This document shows positions 9,923-23,072 of a stretch of 64,000 nucleotides of DNA, piece by piece. Origin of the DNA: Octopus sinensis (Eukaryota); contig NC_042998.1 of NCBI RefSeq assembly GCF_006345805.1, forward strand, positions 93,124,001-93,188,000, given 5' to 3'. Both the position numbers and the translations under genes were made by a program. Below the pieces are notes generated by a model, which was not told the origin of the DNA, ran no database searches, and worked only from the letters and a program-made list of their open reading frames with translations. Each line of letters starts with the position of its first letter. Within the stretch, counting starts at the first letter, position 1.

Positions 9923-10883
9923 TGCATGCTTGATGTATATATGCATATGTGTATGTATGTGTGTATTTTGTTACTTAATTATATAAGTATATGATAAATA
10001 TATAATGTATCGAATAAGAAATAATTCTTAATCAGCTAAAATTACTTTCATAATAGAAAAATAAACCCATTAACATTAATGATAATTTTTGCCATGGGGA
10101 GATGCAGTGGAGGTGGAAGGGAGTTTGATTTTTAATTAAGTATGGTGACAATTCCAGTCATGCTTCAGTTTTTTAAACCTCCGTAGTGAATCGTAATCTA
10201 TTGTTTATTCATCAAACTTAGAAAAGTTGAGAGGGTATTCAAAATGATCTGGGTGTATGGTATAAACATCTGAAATTGTACACTTATTCTGCTAAAAGTT
10301 AATTAGCTGTAATAATTCATCATAAGAGCTCATAATGTTTCAACTAATTAGTAGTCAAGCTAAGCAATCACTAATATCTTTGGGTTATTCTATCAAGCCT
10401 GTATCATCATCGTCATCATCATCAGCAGCAGCAGCATCAGCATCAGCATCGTCATCATCATCATCATCATCATCATCATTATCATCATTATCACCGCCAT
10501 CATTGTCGTTGTTATCGTCATCCTCATCATCATCACCGTCATCATTATCGTTATCATTTTTTTAATATATACTTTTGCATACTTGAATGAATCAGATGGA
10601 ATTTAGTGAGGGAGACATTTTATAGCTGGACGCCCTTCCTGCTGCAACCTTACACCTGTTCATAGCTGAACTTGTTTCCATGGAAGATATTTGAAATGAA
10701 GAACACCACTTCTATGACAGTGGCACCTGTTTACAATCATTACATGATATCAAGACAGAGCTACAATAATGCATGCACCACTACACACACAGATTTACAC
10801 ATTAATACACATTACATACAGACACACACACATACATACAGACAGACAGACACACACACACATACATACATACATACATACAT

Positions 10884-11130
10884 AAAAACTTTACAGAAGT
10901 TTATCATTTAAATATATATGAACAAGTCTAGATATGCAACTATATGCATGAGAATACATACATAAAACAAAACATACAAATCTGCACACATACATACATA
11001 CATACATACATACATACATACATACCCTGTTGTTGATGTTGAAATCCCAATGAAGGAATCTTGGATCTAGGTTAGAAACCAGTTCTTTCTATATTGGCAG
11101 GAAATCTTGAAATAAAACTGAACAATAATA
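10884..11130 (+). mobile_element. R4/Dong-like LINE extreme 3' end
   Basis: KTLQKFII* followed by a 3' UTR (GATATGCAACTATATGCATGAGAATACATACATAAA) matching the 8800-8880 copy; within (ACAT)n. Confidence 0.65.
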
Positions 11131-11203
11131 TACATACATACGCATATACAAACACACTTCCATGCACACAGACATAATGCATACATACAAACATACATAC
11201 ATA

Positions 11204-12948
11204 CTTTACTGTCATCTTTACTGTCGAAGATCAAACTGTTTCATCTCCATCACCTCTGACACCGGACTCTATAACTACTATGAAATTTACACCAGCAATG
11301 CTACAACGCCACCTAAAGAATAAATGTAACTATGCCTCTCCTGGTCTCGATGTTGTTACATGCCTACTTCTCAAACGCAGTGGGTACTTTCTTCTAAACC
11401 AACTTTCACTATTCTTTCAATTCTGTCTTGACAATGGTGTTACTCCAGAACAGTGGAAAACTGCCAGTGTTATCCCTTTGTTCAAAAAAGGTGACCGCAC
11501 ATCGCCTGTCAACTATCGCCCCATCAGTCTTACTAGCTGCATTGTCAAACTGATGGAGTCCTGTGTCAGAGAAACCCTCTGGAACTTTTGGAAGTCTCAC
11601 AGCCTCATCCAGCCATCACAATTTGGATTTATTCCTAACTTCAGCTGCTGTAATCAACTCATCAAGTTTCTTGAGGACATTACCCGAATCACTGATGGTC
11701 GCTCTTGGGTGGATGTTGTTTACTTGGACTTTGCTAGGGCTTTTAATTTAGTGCCGCACAAAAGACTTATGGTGAAACTCTCTGCAATGGGTGTAAAAGA
11801 TGATCTCTATAACTGGTTGAAGTCCTTCATTATTGGCCGAAAAGAAGTTGTCACAGTTCTAGGACAGCACTCTTCACCCTATGAGATGACATCTGGTGTA
11901 CCACAGGGATCTGTTCTTGGCCCCCTTTTATTTGTTGCATATGTTAATGACATAGATGCCAACTTAAAGAATGCCACAGTGCTGAAATATACAGATGACA
12001 TGAAGCTGTACCTCGAAATAAAGAGGACAGATCCTGTACACAATAGATCTTTATTGTAATCAGACCTGGACACAATGCAGCTGTGGATCATGGACTGGCA
12101 ACTCAAGCTGGCTGTGGACAAATGTACCACCATGTATTTTGGGAGGAAAAACCCAGTAACTACTTACTCCCTCCACAACACTAATCTCAAAAAGTTTTCT
12201 TGTGAATGTGACCTGGGCATTATTGTCGACATTGATTTGCGTTGGACAAAACACATTGCTAAAATTGCCAAGAAGACTGAGGGTGTCTTGGCATCACTTA
12301 CCAAGTCCTTTGTGAGCCGCTCTCTGGCTGTGTATCTGAGGCTTTATATAGCTATGGTATGGCCTCACCTGGAATTTGCATCACCGGTCTGGAACCCATA
12401 TCTTGCCTAGGATATTAATCGTCTGGAAACCGTTCAGCGATGTGCAACCAAGAGAATACCCTCCATCAGGCATTTGCCATATTCTGAACGCCTTACTTTC
12501 CTGGGCATCGATACATTGAAACTCCGACATCTGGCAGCTGACTTGGCAGACACCCATAAAATTATTAACCATCTTACTAACAATAACTCTGAGCACCTTT
12601 TCAAACTCCACCTGTCTAACACCCATGGAGATGTTTACAAAGTCAGAAAACAGCACAGCTCCCATGACTTTCAGAAACATTTTTTCACACTAAGAGTTGC
12701 TGAAGCATGGAACAAACTGCCGGCATCTGTTGTTAATTGTCGGGGCACTTCATCCTTCAAAACTTCTATGCTTCCTGAGATTCGCCAACACTACACCTGA
12801 TTTTCTCCTTTCCATACACATGCAAGCACGTATCTGACTCATACACTGTTCACTTTCCAGACATTTGTACATTACTGCATATGCTTTATACACACTTTTG
12901 ACAAGTTGTGGTGCACCTGAGCACTATATACAATAATTTCATTATTAT
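11204..12948 (+). mobile_element. CR1/L2-like LINE, 5'-truncated, RT with two premature stops
   Basis: In-frame ORFs 11280-12059, 12075-12410 and 12474-12800: PLFKKGDR..PVNYRPISLTS, QFGF, YLDFARAF, SGVPQGSVLGPLLF, YTDD, VWPHLEFASPVWNP; (ATT) tail. Confidence 0.92.
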
Positions 12949-14209
12949 ACACATTTCCATGCACACAGACATAATGCATATATACATACATACAATTATC
13001 ACATGATATCAATACAAGGCTACAATAAGGTATGTACCTCCATGCACACAGACTTACATATAAATACACATTACATATATACACTCATACACACATATAT
13101 ACATAAACACACATACACATCTCCATGCACACAGGCGTATATACATACATACACATACATACATGCATACATACATATACAGACATCTCCATGCACACAA
13201 ACTTACATAATGCATACATGATGGCTGCCCCCTCGTTATCGAGTATGGCCATTGCACAAAACTTAACTGTTATTAATATACATACACACATACATACATA
13301 CATACATACATACATACATACATACATACATACATACATACATTGATACACACATATACATCTCCATGCACACAGATATATATGCATACATATGTACACA
13401 TACATACATACATACACATACAAACATATATACATGGTGGTGGCTGTTGGCTCATTAGGCAAGTATGACCATCACTGACAAATTATCTTATTTCTCAATG
13501 TTAGAGATAATGGCCGTCAGCAGTGCCCATGCTGTGTCAATACCATCTTGCAATACATTGCTAAGATTTTCACTTACAGAGTCAAGCAGCTCAGTAACAA
13601 GCAAGATCACTGGATTCACAATAAAGCAGGTGTTATTTTGGAATTTCCTACTCCTAAACAGTACAATTGCTTCAATGGAAGCCTGGGGAAGGACACTACA
13701 CATACACACACAAATATATCACATCTGGTCAACGATTTAAGCAACAATAGAGTGAAAAAGCTGATTTAAAGAAACAGAATTTGATAGTATTGACATGTTA
13801 TTTACAGCCTGAGAAATACTAGCCAATGAAAAAGCCTTTATATAGAAGTTCGATTAGCTAGAAACAGCAGTTAAATTGAAGCATTTTCAAAGTAAACTCA
13901 TAATGTAGGCTTGAATATATTATGCCTAAATAAAAGGTGGGATGACAATGGCTAGAATACTTTTGAGCATACGTTTGTCTGATTAAGGCTGATGTGAAGC
14001 TAATTCACAACAACAATGAAAATTTTCTAAGTCAGCAACACCTAATCATTCTACTGTATGTTGCTTCCATGCCTGTTATTTCATATTAGAATTAAAAGGC
14101 AGTAAAATAGCAATAGGAGCCCATTTCATATTTTAACTTTTGTTACCATATTTCTGCTGAAATACAATGTATTTATTGCAATTAATTTGGAATATAATCT
14201 TGTAATATC

Positions 14210-14530
14210 TTTTACTTGTTTCAGTCATTGGATTGCAGCCATTGGAGACTCTGCCTTGAAGGGTTTAGTCAGACAAATCAATCCCAGTTTTTACTTTAAG
14301 TCTGAAACTTATTCTAATTATTTTTATTTGCCAAACTACTAAGTTATGGTACGTAAGCAAATCAATACCAGTTGTCGAGTGGTGAGAGGGACAACCACAA
14401 AGATGAATGCGCACACACATATGATGCGCTTCCACATCGTTCTGTTAACTACAAATTTACTCACAAGCATTGGTGGTCAGCCAAGGTCTACAACAGAAGA
14501 CAGTTACCCAAAGGACACAGTGGAAATGAA
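14210..14530 (-). mobile_element. Decayed SINE family B
   Basis: TTTTACTTGTTTCAGTCATTGG...CTAAGTTATGG...GGTCAGCCAAGGTCTACAACAGAAGAC, reverse complement of family B. Confidence 0.55.
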
Positions 14531-14794
14531 CCAAAATCCACGTAAAAAGTTTAGAAAAAATAACCTTTCTCTTATCAACCTCGTAAACACTTGAATATGC
14601 TTAAGTTGACATGATCTTGTTTGACTCTACCTCTAGAAGATGCAAAAACTGATGGCCACATGGTTTTGTATTTGGTAGGGAAACATCGCTATTTTCAGCC
14701 TTAAAACACAAAACTATGTGACTGCCTCCTTTTGCATCCAATGAATGAAACAAGAAAAAGGTAGGTAAAAGATTTAAAATATGGCAATTATCTT

Positions 14795-14846
14795 TCATCA
14801 TCATCGTCGTCGTCGTCGTCGTCGTCATCATCATCATCATCATCAA

Positions 14847-14906
<60 letters not shown>

Positions 14907-14925
14907 TATCATCAACATCATCATT
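14795..14925. repeat. (CAT/CGT)n microsatellite, tail of the adjacent RTE 3' fragment (14925-15145, minus strand)
   Basis: Directly visible; neighbouring TTTAATGTCCATTGTCCATG...CTACAGCTGGATGCC is the shared RTE tail. Confidence 0.85.
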
Positions 14926-15334
14926 TAATGTCCATTGTCCATGTTGTACAGTTTGACTGGGCTGGCATGCTGGAAGGCTGCACCAGACTCCAGTCTGATT
15001 TAACATGGTTTTCTACAGCTGGATGCCACAACTGTGCTTTTGCTCAGCTTGACGGGTCTTCTTTTCAAGCACGACATAATTCTAAATGTCTTGGTCATTG
15101 CTTCCATGAGGCCCAACACCCAAAAGGAACTCAACCATCTCACCTCCTATGATAAAAAAAATATATGATAAAAAGTTATATGATGCTCGATTATACTATA
15201 ATATAGTACTTATATGGGGTGTTGGGGTAAATTTGACAGCTTGTATAAAAGAAACAGGAAACAGAATCCCATACAAAAAAAAACATTTAAAAAAAATAAA
15301 AAAATCAACTAGATTATGGCTGAGAGATAACAAT

Positions 15335-15900
15335 TTACTCAAAGTAGCCACTCTTAGCTTCTACCATGGCCTCAAGTTGGATCCAGAACCTGGTGCATGT
15401 GTTCCCTACTGTGTCCCTGGGATGGTCTTTGCACAACTTAATCTTTAACAGCTGCTTGGCTTTGGCATTGCAGATAAAACAGTTGGTGTCTTTCTCAGCC
15501 ATACCCACCCATATTAATCCATGGGATTACAATCAGAGGAATTAGAAAGCCAGAAATTGGGGCTGGTGATGCGGTAGAAATCTCCCAACAGCCACTTCTG
15601 ACTCTTTCTGGTGATATGACAAATGAGCTGAATCCTGCTACCACACATATGGCGTTCTGGCAGCAACTCTTTTCTACCAGGGTGTGACCTGTCTCCAGCA
15701 GCTTCACATTGAGCCTAAGGCCCTGCTCATCGGCTGTTTGACGAGATTCTGGTATATGAACACAGTCAAAATGCCATGTCTCCCTTCCTGCTAGCCATAA
15801 CTTTGTAGCCTCCACTGCAGCTCTTACATTATTCACAGAGCAACAGTCATGATGTTGGCCTTTTGACACCCAGCATGAATCATCATGATACAGGTAACTG
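15335..15900 (-). mobile_element. Decayed Tc1/mariner-superfamily transposase C-terminus
   Basis: Manual translation with breaks: GLRLN, EKVAARTPYVW*QDSA, decayed FW..NS.DCNPMD, AEKDTN, GYFE*; resembles the YVWQQDSAP and WPPNSPDCNP motifs. Confidence 0.6.
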
Positions 15901-17613
15901 TTTTCTAATATTCAGATGGCTTCCAATCCTCTATGTCAGCTAACTTCTCAACTACAACAATAATCTTTATGTTCTCCAATGCTGTTGACTGTTCACCAAT
16001 ATATCAAGCTGTTCCTGAAAAAGGAGAGACACAAAAAATGTCATTAAATTTAGCCTGAACACCCGTTATATTGTAGCATAGTTCTTAAACTATTTTTTTT
16101 TAGAACTGCTAGTCTGCTACTAATTTTTAGTTTCTGATCAACATGAAACTTTGCTGATATTATATACTGAAACATTTTCTTTTCAAAATTTAGATCTACA
16201 ATACTATTTAGTTTTTTTGTTTTTTTTATTTATGGAGTTATTTTTACCTTTGCCTTTTTTAATTTCATTGTTCTTACAACAGAGACAGAAAGAAGAAAAG
16301 AAAATATATTACAAATAAATATAACTCAATCCAATAACCGTATCAGACGATATATGTCAAAAGACAAATTCAGCAACTTGATGATAGACAGAGAAAAATC
16401 AATAGAAGAATGCCTCTAATTGATTAAACAGAAATTTTATTTGCTAGCAAAGGGAAATACCTTAGAAGAGAGAGAATTGGAAAATTATTTGAACTACACG
16501 AGCATGCTAGCAAAGCAGCATCTTAAATGACAACAAAATTGTATGCAAGGAAGAAATTATAAATAGGAAGTATCATATTTATATCTGATACACTCAGAAT
16601 TCAGTCTGTAGCTGCAGAAATCGGTATGAAAAATATTAACCATTTAAATATAAAGAAACTTCAGTGTTGGTTAGATATTATCTGAATTATGTGCTGAAAA
16701 CTAGTTTCAGTTAAACTGGCACCAGTTTTTGTGAGAACAGCAACATAGACTACAATATTATTATTAGTAACAGTAACAACAACAACAAAAACAAAGACAA
16801 TGGTGACTGCTACAACAAAAACAGCAACAAGCATAACTACAAAAAAATAATGCCAGAAGCAGCAGCAGTAGCAGCAGCAGTACCAGCAATACCAGCAGCA
16901 GCAGTAACTACTACTACTACAACTGCAATAACAATGACAACAATAGCAACAGCAGCAGTAACAAAACATTTATCAATAGCTTTATTTCAACTCTGCAGAA
17001 ATTTGCAAGTTTTTATTTATGCAAAAATATTTGGGGATTAGATTTTGTGTTTCTTTATTTTATATATTTGTTTTTTCTCATAAGATAGACTCCATGCTTT
17101 AATTTATTTTAATAAACATAAGAATAAATAGGCATTCTTACATAAACATGCCTGCACATGCATATTTATTCTGTATGAATTTATGCATGTTTTTATCTTA
17201 ATATTTGTATATAAATATATGTAGGAGCCATCATACCTACACTGTGTATATAATCCTCTTAAATATTTATATGTATTCATAAGATGTTACTCATATTCCA
17301 AAGCATATTTTCATGTAAAAGTATAATTATGAGAGAGTTGTGCACACATATACATATAACTGCTTGCAATTGGATGCATATATTTATGTTTGACTTCCAG
17401 TTTTGTATATCATAATTAACATAGTTTCATGCTTTCATTTTACTTTTATTGTAATTGTAGAAATTTATAAGAGAATTCAGTAGTTGCAAAGTCTCATATT
17501 CTTAGTTGTGGTGCTAAGGTTTGTTAAGACACAAAAAAGTTTTTAAATTGTTTGTTCCTGCAAACATATTTACCATTGTTGAAACAAGGCAGATGTACTG
17601 TAGTCTTATATAT

Positions 17614-17660
<47 letters not shown>

Positions 17661-17662
17661 TA

Positions 17663-17800
17663 GGTTATGAGAGGTAATGGTGTCAATAAGACCCAAAGGT
17701 GCCAGGTAATGCTGAGTAAGTGCCATGGATAGACCATAGTTAAGCTCCAGATTCAGTGATTATGCGAATAAGGAGGCCAACGTAGGGCATATATCAGCAT
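17663..17800. repeat. Unclassified dispersed repeat (second copy at 50026-50160)
   Basis: GGTTATGAGAGGTAATGGTGTCAA...GTAATGCTGAGTAAGTGC...GTGATTATGCGAAT present at both loci, each right after a microsatellite. Confidence 0.75.
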
Positions 17801-17844
17801 GTGTATAAATTTTTTATATATATAAAAAAATTTTTTATATATGT

Positions 17845-18125
17845 ATATACGATGGAGTAGCCTGCTCATGAAATGAAGCAGGCATGCAGCTGAACACTCC
17901 GCAGACACATGTACCCTTAATGTAGTTCTCAGGGAGATTCAGTGTGACACAAGATGTGAAAAGGTTAGCCATTTGAAATACAGGTACTACTCATTTTTGC
18001 CAGCTGAGTGGACAGGAGTAACATGAATTAAAGTGTCCTGCTTAAGAGCACACTGCACTGCCAGGTATTGAACTTGCTACCTTCTGATTGTGACCTGAAT
18101 ACCCTAACCACTAAGCCATGTGTCT
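17845..18125 (-). mobile_element. tRNA-derived SINE with conserved central domain (family C)
   Basis: Minus strand reads GGCTTAGTGGTTAGGG...GTTCAATACC (A/B boxes), then TCCACTCAGCTGGCAAAAATGAGTAGTACC. Confidence 0.65.
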
Positions 18126-19511
18126 TACTTTCAAGAAGATACCAAATCAGTAATACTTAGTTTATTTTTGACTCTTAACGTATAATTTTATGTCATCTTC
18201 TTGTCTTCTACAATATCATGGTTTGGTAGTTTTATACATGTTTTCAGTAACCTAAAGCAGGGTTTCTTGATTTTTAATAAGTTTGCATTCTCTGTGAAGA
18301 TGAGCAGCTACACATAATCAGCCTATATGTATATATGTATGTATATATATAATATATATATATGTGTGTGTGTGTGAGTGTGTGTGTGTGGGTGTGTAGG
18401 TACTACAAAAATACCCAATTTATATTGCATTAATCATAGATTTAATCATGTAACTTTAATGCATATGTATTTTTATGTATTTAAGATTTACAAGAAAAAA
18501 TGTATTTTTAGAAGGCAAAAGAGAAATCATTTATATATAAATGAAGTTTTTGAAAATGAAGTGTCTAAGCTTGCTAACAGGCTATTACAAAATTTTCTTC
18601 TCCAGAAAATGTTAGATTTATAGGTAAAAAAAAAAATGTATATAAATATAAATCTATAATGACATATATAAATGTGTTTTAAACCATTTTCAATATATCT
18701 AACTTACATTACATGGATTCCAATTTAATATTCCTACAATGTCATTTTTTTTTTAGAAAACTTCTTTTTTTGACAAAATTCGTTTATGGCTACTTTTTCT
18801 GTCTATTTTACTTTGGACCTCTTAGATATATTTCCACTAAGCTGTATTAAATCAAAAGATATTGAATAGCTCTTATCTCTAACTTGTTATGTAGGAAAGA
18901 ATACTACTTAGTAAATTTCATTTCTTCATATTTTCTTACATTGCATTCAAGGAAACACAAAACACAAAAAAAAAACAAGAATGAATAAAGATAATAAAAA
19001 ATTTATGTGCTTTTCAGTTATGACTGCATTGTCACTTGTTGTTATCAGCATGGATAACTAGGAATCATTAAGCTGATATTGTGAGATCTATCAAGTGGCA
19101 TGTAATAGCATATGTTACACAGTCAATGATTTATCTTGTCACTTTATATTACATTTTAAATATTTCCATGCTGTGGAAATGGAATATTTCTATAAAATAC
19201 TGATGACATCTTAATACATATATATATACATATATACATACATACATACACACATACATACATACGTACATACATGCATACATTCCTGCATGCATGCATT
19301 CATCCATCCATTCATCCATCCATCCATACATACATACATACATACATACATACACACACATACATACATGCATACATATATATGTATGTATGTACATACA
19401 TTAGTACATACATACATACCTGCATCCATGTGAGCATACATACATAAATACAAATAGACAAACACACATATATACACATACATACATACATACATACATA
19501 CATACATACAT

Positions 19512-19548
<37 letters not shown>

Positions 19549-19665
19549 TAAATATATGTACATAGACACAAACACATACACATACGCACTTACACACATA
19601 CATACATACAGACAGACATAGACACATTCACACATGCAAACACACTTGCATACATACATACTTAC

Positions 19666-19697
<32 letters not shown>

Positions 19698-20614
19698 CTA
19701 TGTTCATGGAACCTTTCAAAAACAATACCTGAGAAAAAAGAACTTTGTGAAAAATTCATTTTAGCTTACTACTCTACAGTATATAACTCTTCATTTGCAG
19801 AGATTTATGGTTTAGGAGATATTAGCATAAGATTATGCTAACATCACATAAGATTAAAAGGAAATAATTAATAACCCATTTTAATTTACTTGATTTGGTA
19901 TTTTTTTTTTAAAAGTAGATCAGAAAGTGAACCATATTAAACAATACGGATTTCATGAAGATTGTTATTTCTGTTATTTATGAGAATGGATATAATTATT
20001 TGTTTGTCTTGTAGTTGAGAATTCTACACAATCTTCAACTTTCTTCTGTTGGAGAAATATTATGGTTAATTTATATACTTGAATAATATGAGAAATTAAT
20101 TTAAATTTTAGCTTATAGAAGAGCTTAATATTTTCAAATGTCATTTTCATTAACAACAGTCTTTCAAAAGAAAGAATTTTGTTTTTGCATAAATTCGAAA
20201 TGTCATTCTCAAATGTAATGCAAAAGTATTATTCCATTAAAGGGCATTTTTAAAAATTATTTATTGTAGAATAGGAGATAGAACAAAGCATTAAATTTTC
20301 AATAGACTTTCTTTTTTGCTTAAAAATTACTATTTTTACCAAAAAATAAATTCTATAAGTAGTTATCTTATTGAATATTTTAGCATTTCCTCAAAAACAA
20401 AAATATTTCAGTAATAGCAGATATTTTGCATTCAGTAAATTTTCACTGGTTAAAATGATTACAATTAGATTTAGTTGTGCTTGTAGTTATTGTTTAACCT
20501 CCTATCAGCTCTGAGTAAGGAGACTTACAAGCAAAGACGTACCAATCATGACCTCATCATCTTAGTCAAATAATATATATATCTAGAACTAAACAATGTG
20601 TCACTTTTAATTAC

Positions 20615-20793
20615 CTGTTTTGTGTACAAGCTGGCCAGATTTGGCCTCTCACACCTATCCTACAATGCCATTCTAATAATAAATATCACATTATTGAAAA
20701 ATCAAAGCTACAAAGTAATGCATGATTAATTTGAAAATGTGTGAATAAATAAGCATTATATTTGACAGAGAAAGCGGAATGCTAAAGGGTTAA
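20615..20793. mobile_element. piggyBac-like MITE fragment (one end)
   Basis: Ends in AATGCTAAAGGG followed by TTAA; the other terminus was not found. Confidence 0.4.
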
Positions 20794-21403
20794 GATAAGA
20801 TTTGAAGGAAATTTAACTACTATTTCTAACTAGTTAAGACTGTGCAGTGGCCTACTTTAAATTGATTATATCTTTTGTTTTAAAGTTGACTTAGTTTTTA
20901 ATCATTAAAAAAAAAAATCATTATTCTTCAAAGACATATACATGTGTTAAAGGCATATTAGCAGTGAAGAGTAACCATTCTGTAATGGAAATGCTGATAA
21001 ATTTCTTCAGAAATGAAAAAATAAAATAAAGTAAAAAGCAATAATAAAAAATTGTTTCTGAAACAAAATGCTTGAGAGAAAAAGAAGAAAAAAAGTCAAA
21101 GAAAAGAACCATTTTTTCCCCTTTGTTCTCCATCTGCCATTGTTGATAAATTGAACAACATTTTTCAATGGAAAAAAAATGGATCTCAAGTCAGAATTTC
21201 CAACCATGAGTTTTTAGTTGTTTTATCTTTTACTTGATTCAGTCATTGGAGTGTGGCCATGCTGGGGCACCATCTTGAAGAGTTTAATTGAATAAATCAA
21301 CTTCAGCATATATTTTTCAGTCTAGTACTTATTCTATCAGTCACTTTGTTGAACTACTAAGCAGTTCGGGGATGAACACAAAATGCAAAATGCACACATA
21401 TAC

Positions 21404-21455
<52 letters not shown>

Positions 21456-21496
21456 ATGTGTATACATATATGTATATATATATAAATATATACATA

Positions 21497-21537
<41 letters not shown>

Positions 21538-21619
21538 CAATTTAATAAATAAAACATATGCATACATACATACATATATGTACATACATACCTATATATG
21601 TATATATACATGCATATAT

Positions 21620-21976
21620 GAGTACAGGACACCACAAATAAATGTACAACACAACAAGAAACGAAAACATAAAACCAAACAAGGAAACAGACTTTTTTTA
21701 ACAACGAAAAAACAGAGTACAAGACAAACAACACAAGGAACATTCCCCTTCTTCAGCTGCCCCTGTTTTGACTCAATGCGTGTTTCGAAGGTAAGGGCAG
21801 AACACGACTACGCTGAGGCAATCCTTCCTGCAAAATGAATTTAATAAAAATTTTTTGCGGAGGGGTAAAAAAAAAGAAAGACAAGAACAGGACGTAAAAG
21901 CAATACAAATGAAGAAAAACAGTACAAATAAAGATAAAAACAGTAATAGACAGGACAAGCAAACCAACAATAAGGG

Positions 21977-21990
<14 letters not shown>
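21620..21990 (-). repeat. Unclassified repeat, possibly PLE-related (related copy at 63920-64000)
   Basis: Minus strand GGGGCAGCTGAAGAAGGGGAATGTTCCTTGTG matches plus strand AGGCGACTGAAGAAGGGGAATTTTCCTTGTT at the window end. Confidence 0.45.
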
Positions 21991-22010
<20 letters not shown>

Positions 22011-22558
22011 GCACGTAAAATAAACAGATCAACATACAGACGGATAGGTACATAGGTTATATGAACAGACAAGCACACATACACAAATGGAGACTGAAAC
22101 ACATGACCATATATACACATACACACTTTGCTCCACACAAGGACACATATGGAGACAAGGGTCCACACATATAGAGATACACATCCATACATACAGACAT
22201 GGCACAAAGTTGCAAAACACACACACACACACATGCACACACAAGGAGACAGAGGTGCATACATATACAAACACATGCTGACACACACACATACATAGAA
22301 AATACACAAACACGGACATGCAAGCACATGAATATGCAGAATACATACACACATACATATGCACACACATACATATATACATATGCATACACACACATGT
22401 ATACATTCACACACATGCACACATACATATATACATACACACATACATACATACATACATACATACATACATGCATGCATAGGCACACACACTGACCCAC
22501 ACACATGTGCACAAACAAACAAAAAGGAGCCCAGTGTAAATAACGAACAGAGTCAAGA

Positions 22559-22595
22559 CTATTGAAAAGGTTGCAAGACGCAACGAAAATTTTAG
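22559..22595 (+). ncRNA. Minimal hammerhead-like motif (U3-A8, extra G)
   Basis: CUA UUGAAAA G GUUGC-AAGAC-GCAAC GAAA AUU U UAG: 3-bp stem I, 5-bp stem II, AAUU palindrome. Confidence 0.45.
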
Positions 22596-22779
22596 GAAAA
22601 TAAAAATAAGAAATAAGTAGAAATTTTACCGGTGAGTGTGTTAAATTATAAGGCACATAAAGAAAATGGCTCTCCTCAGACACAACAGAATATGTTTCAA
22701 CACATGAACTCACATAAAGAATCTTGCAAACTAAATCCAAAACCGAAATAGGAACTAAGACAGTTGCATCAAAAGTTGC

Positions 22780-23072
22780 ATCTCTAATTGTTGAGTGGAC
22801 ATGTGGAAGGAGTAGACTCAAGAAGACATGGGACAAAGTAGTGAGAAAGAATCTACAGATGTTGGAACTCATAGAGGGGATGACAAGGGATCAAGGCTCC
22901 TGGCAGTTTGCTATGCTTGAAAAGACATGTCAAGCTAAGTAAAAGCATGGTAGTCCTTGCAGACAGGTTCACCACCTGCAACCCTCTCCAGCTGAGCATC
23001 CCTAAACTTGTGGTCTTGCAGATGGTGGTGCCACATAAAAAGCACCCATACCAGTGCTATTAAAAGCACCCA
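22780..23072 (+). mobile_element. Old RTE LINE 3' end, left part (continues at 25907-26107)
   Basis: VEWTCGRSRLKKTWDKVVRKNLQML...; the tail AAAAGCACCCA resumes as TATATTCTGTAAAGTGGTTGG after the nested insertion. Confidence 0.7.

Noticed and set aside
13500-13630. Candidate host exon (AG...GT, open frames on both strands)
   Set aside because: No recognisable protein motif and no compatible neighbouring exon; needs RNA-seq or BLASTX.
14601-15152. Poly-His, poly-Asp and poly-Met ORFs
   Set aside because: All come from the (CAT)n tail of an RTE fragment; the same applies at 10335, 25985, 42418, 43278 and 63119.
16290-16560. Coding-like A-rich stretch after a polypyrimidine/AG
   Set aside because: All frames contain stops and no family was recognised.
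18490-18625. Candidate exon ending at AG|GTAAAA
   Set aside because: The only long frame stops just before the donor; no homology evidence.
21700-21800. Possible type II hammerhead on the minus strand (CCUUC GAAAC ... GUC ... CUGAAGA AGG)
   Set aside because: Stem I does not form, and the only stem II pairing consumes core G8 and A9; the related copy at 63920-64000 also fails.
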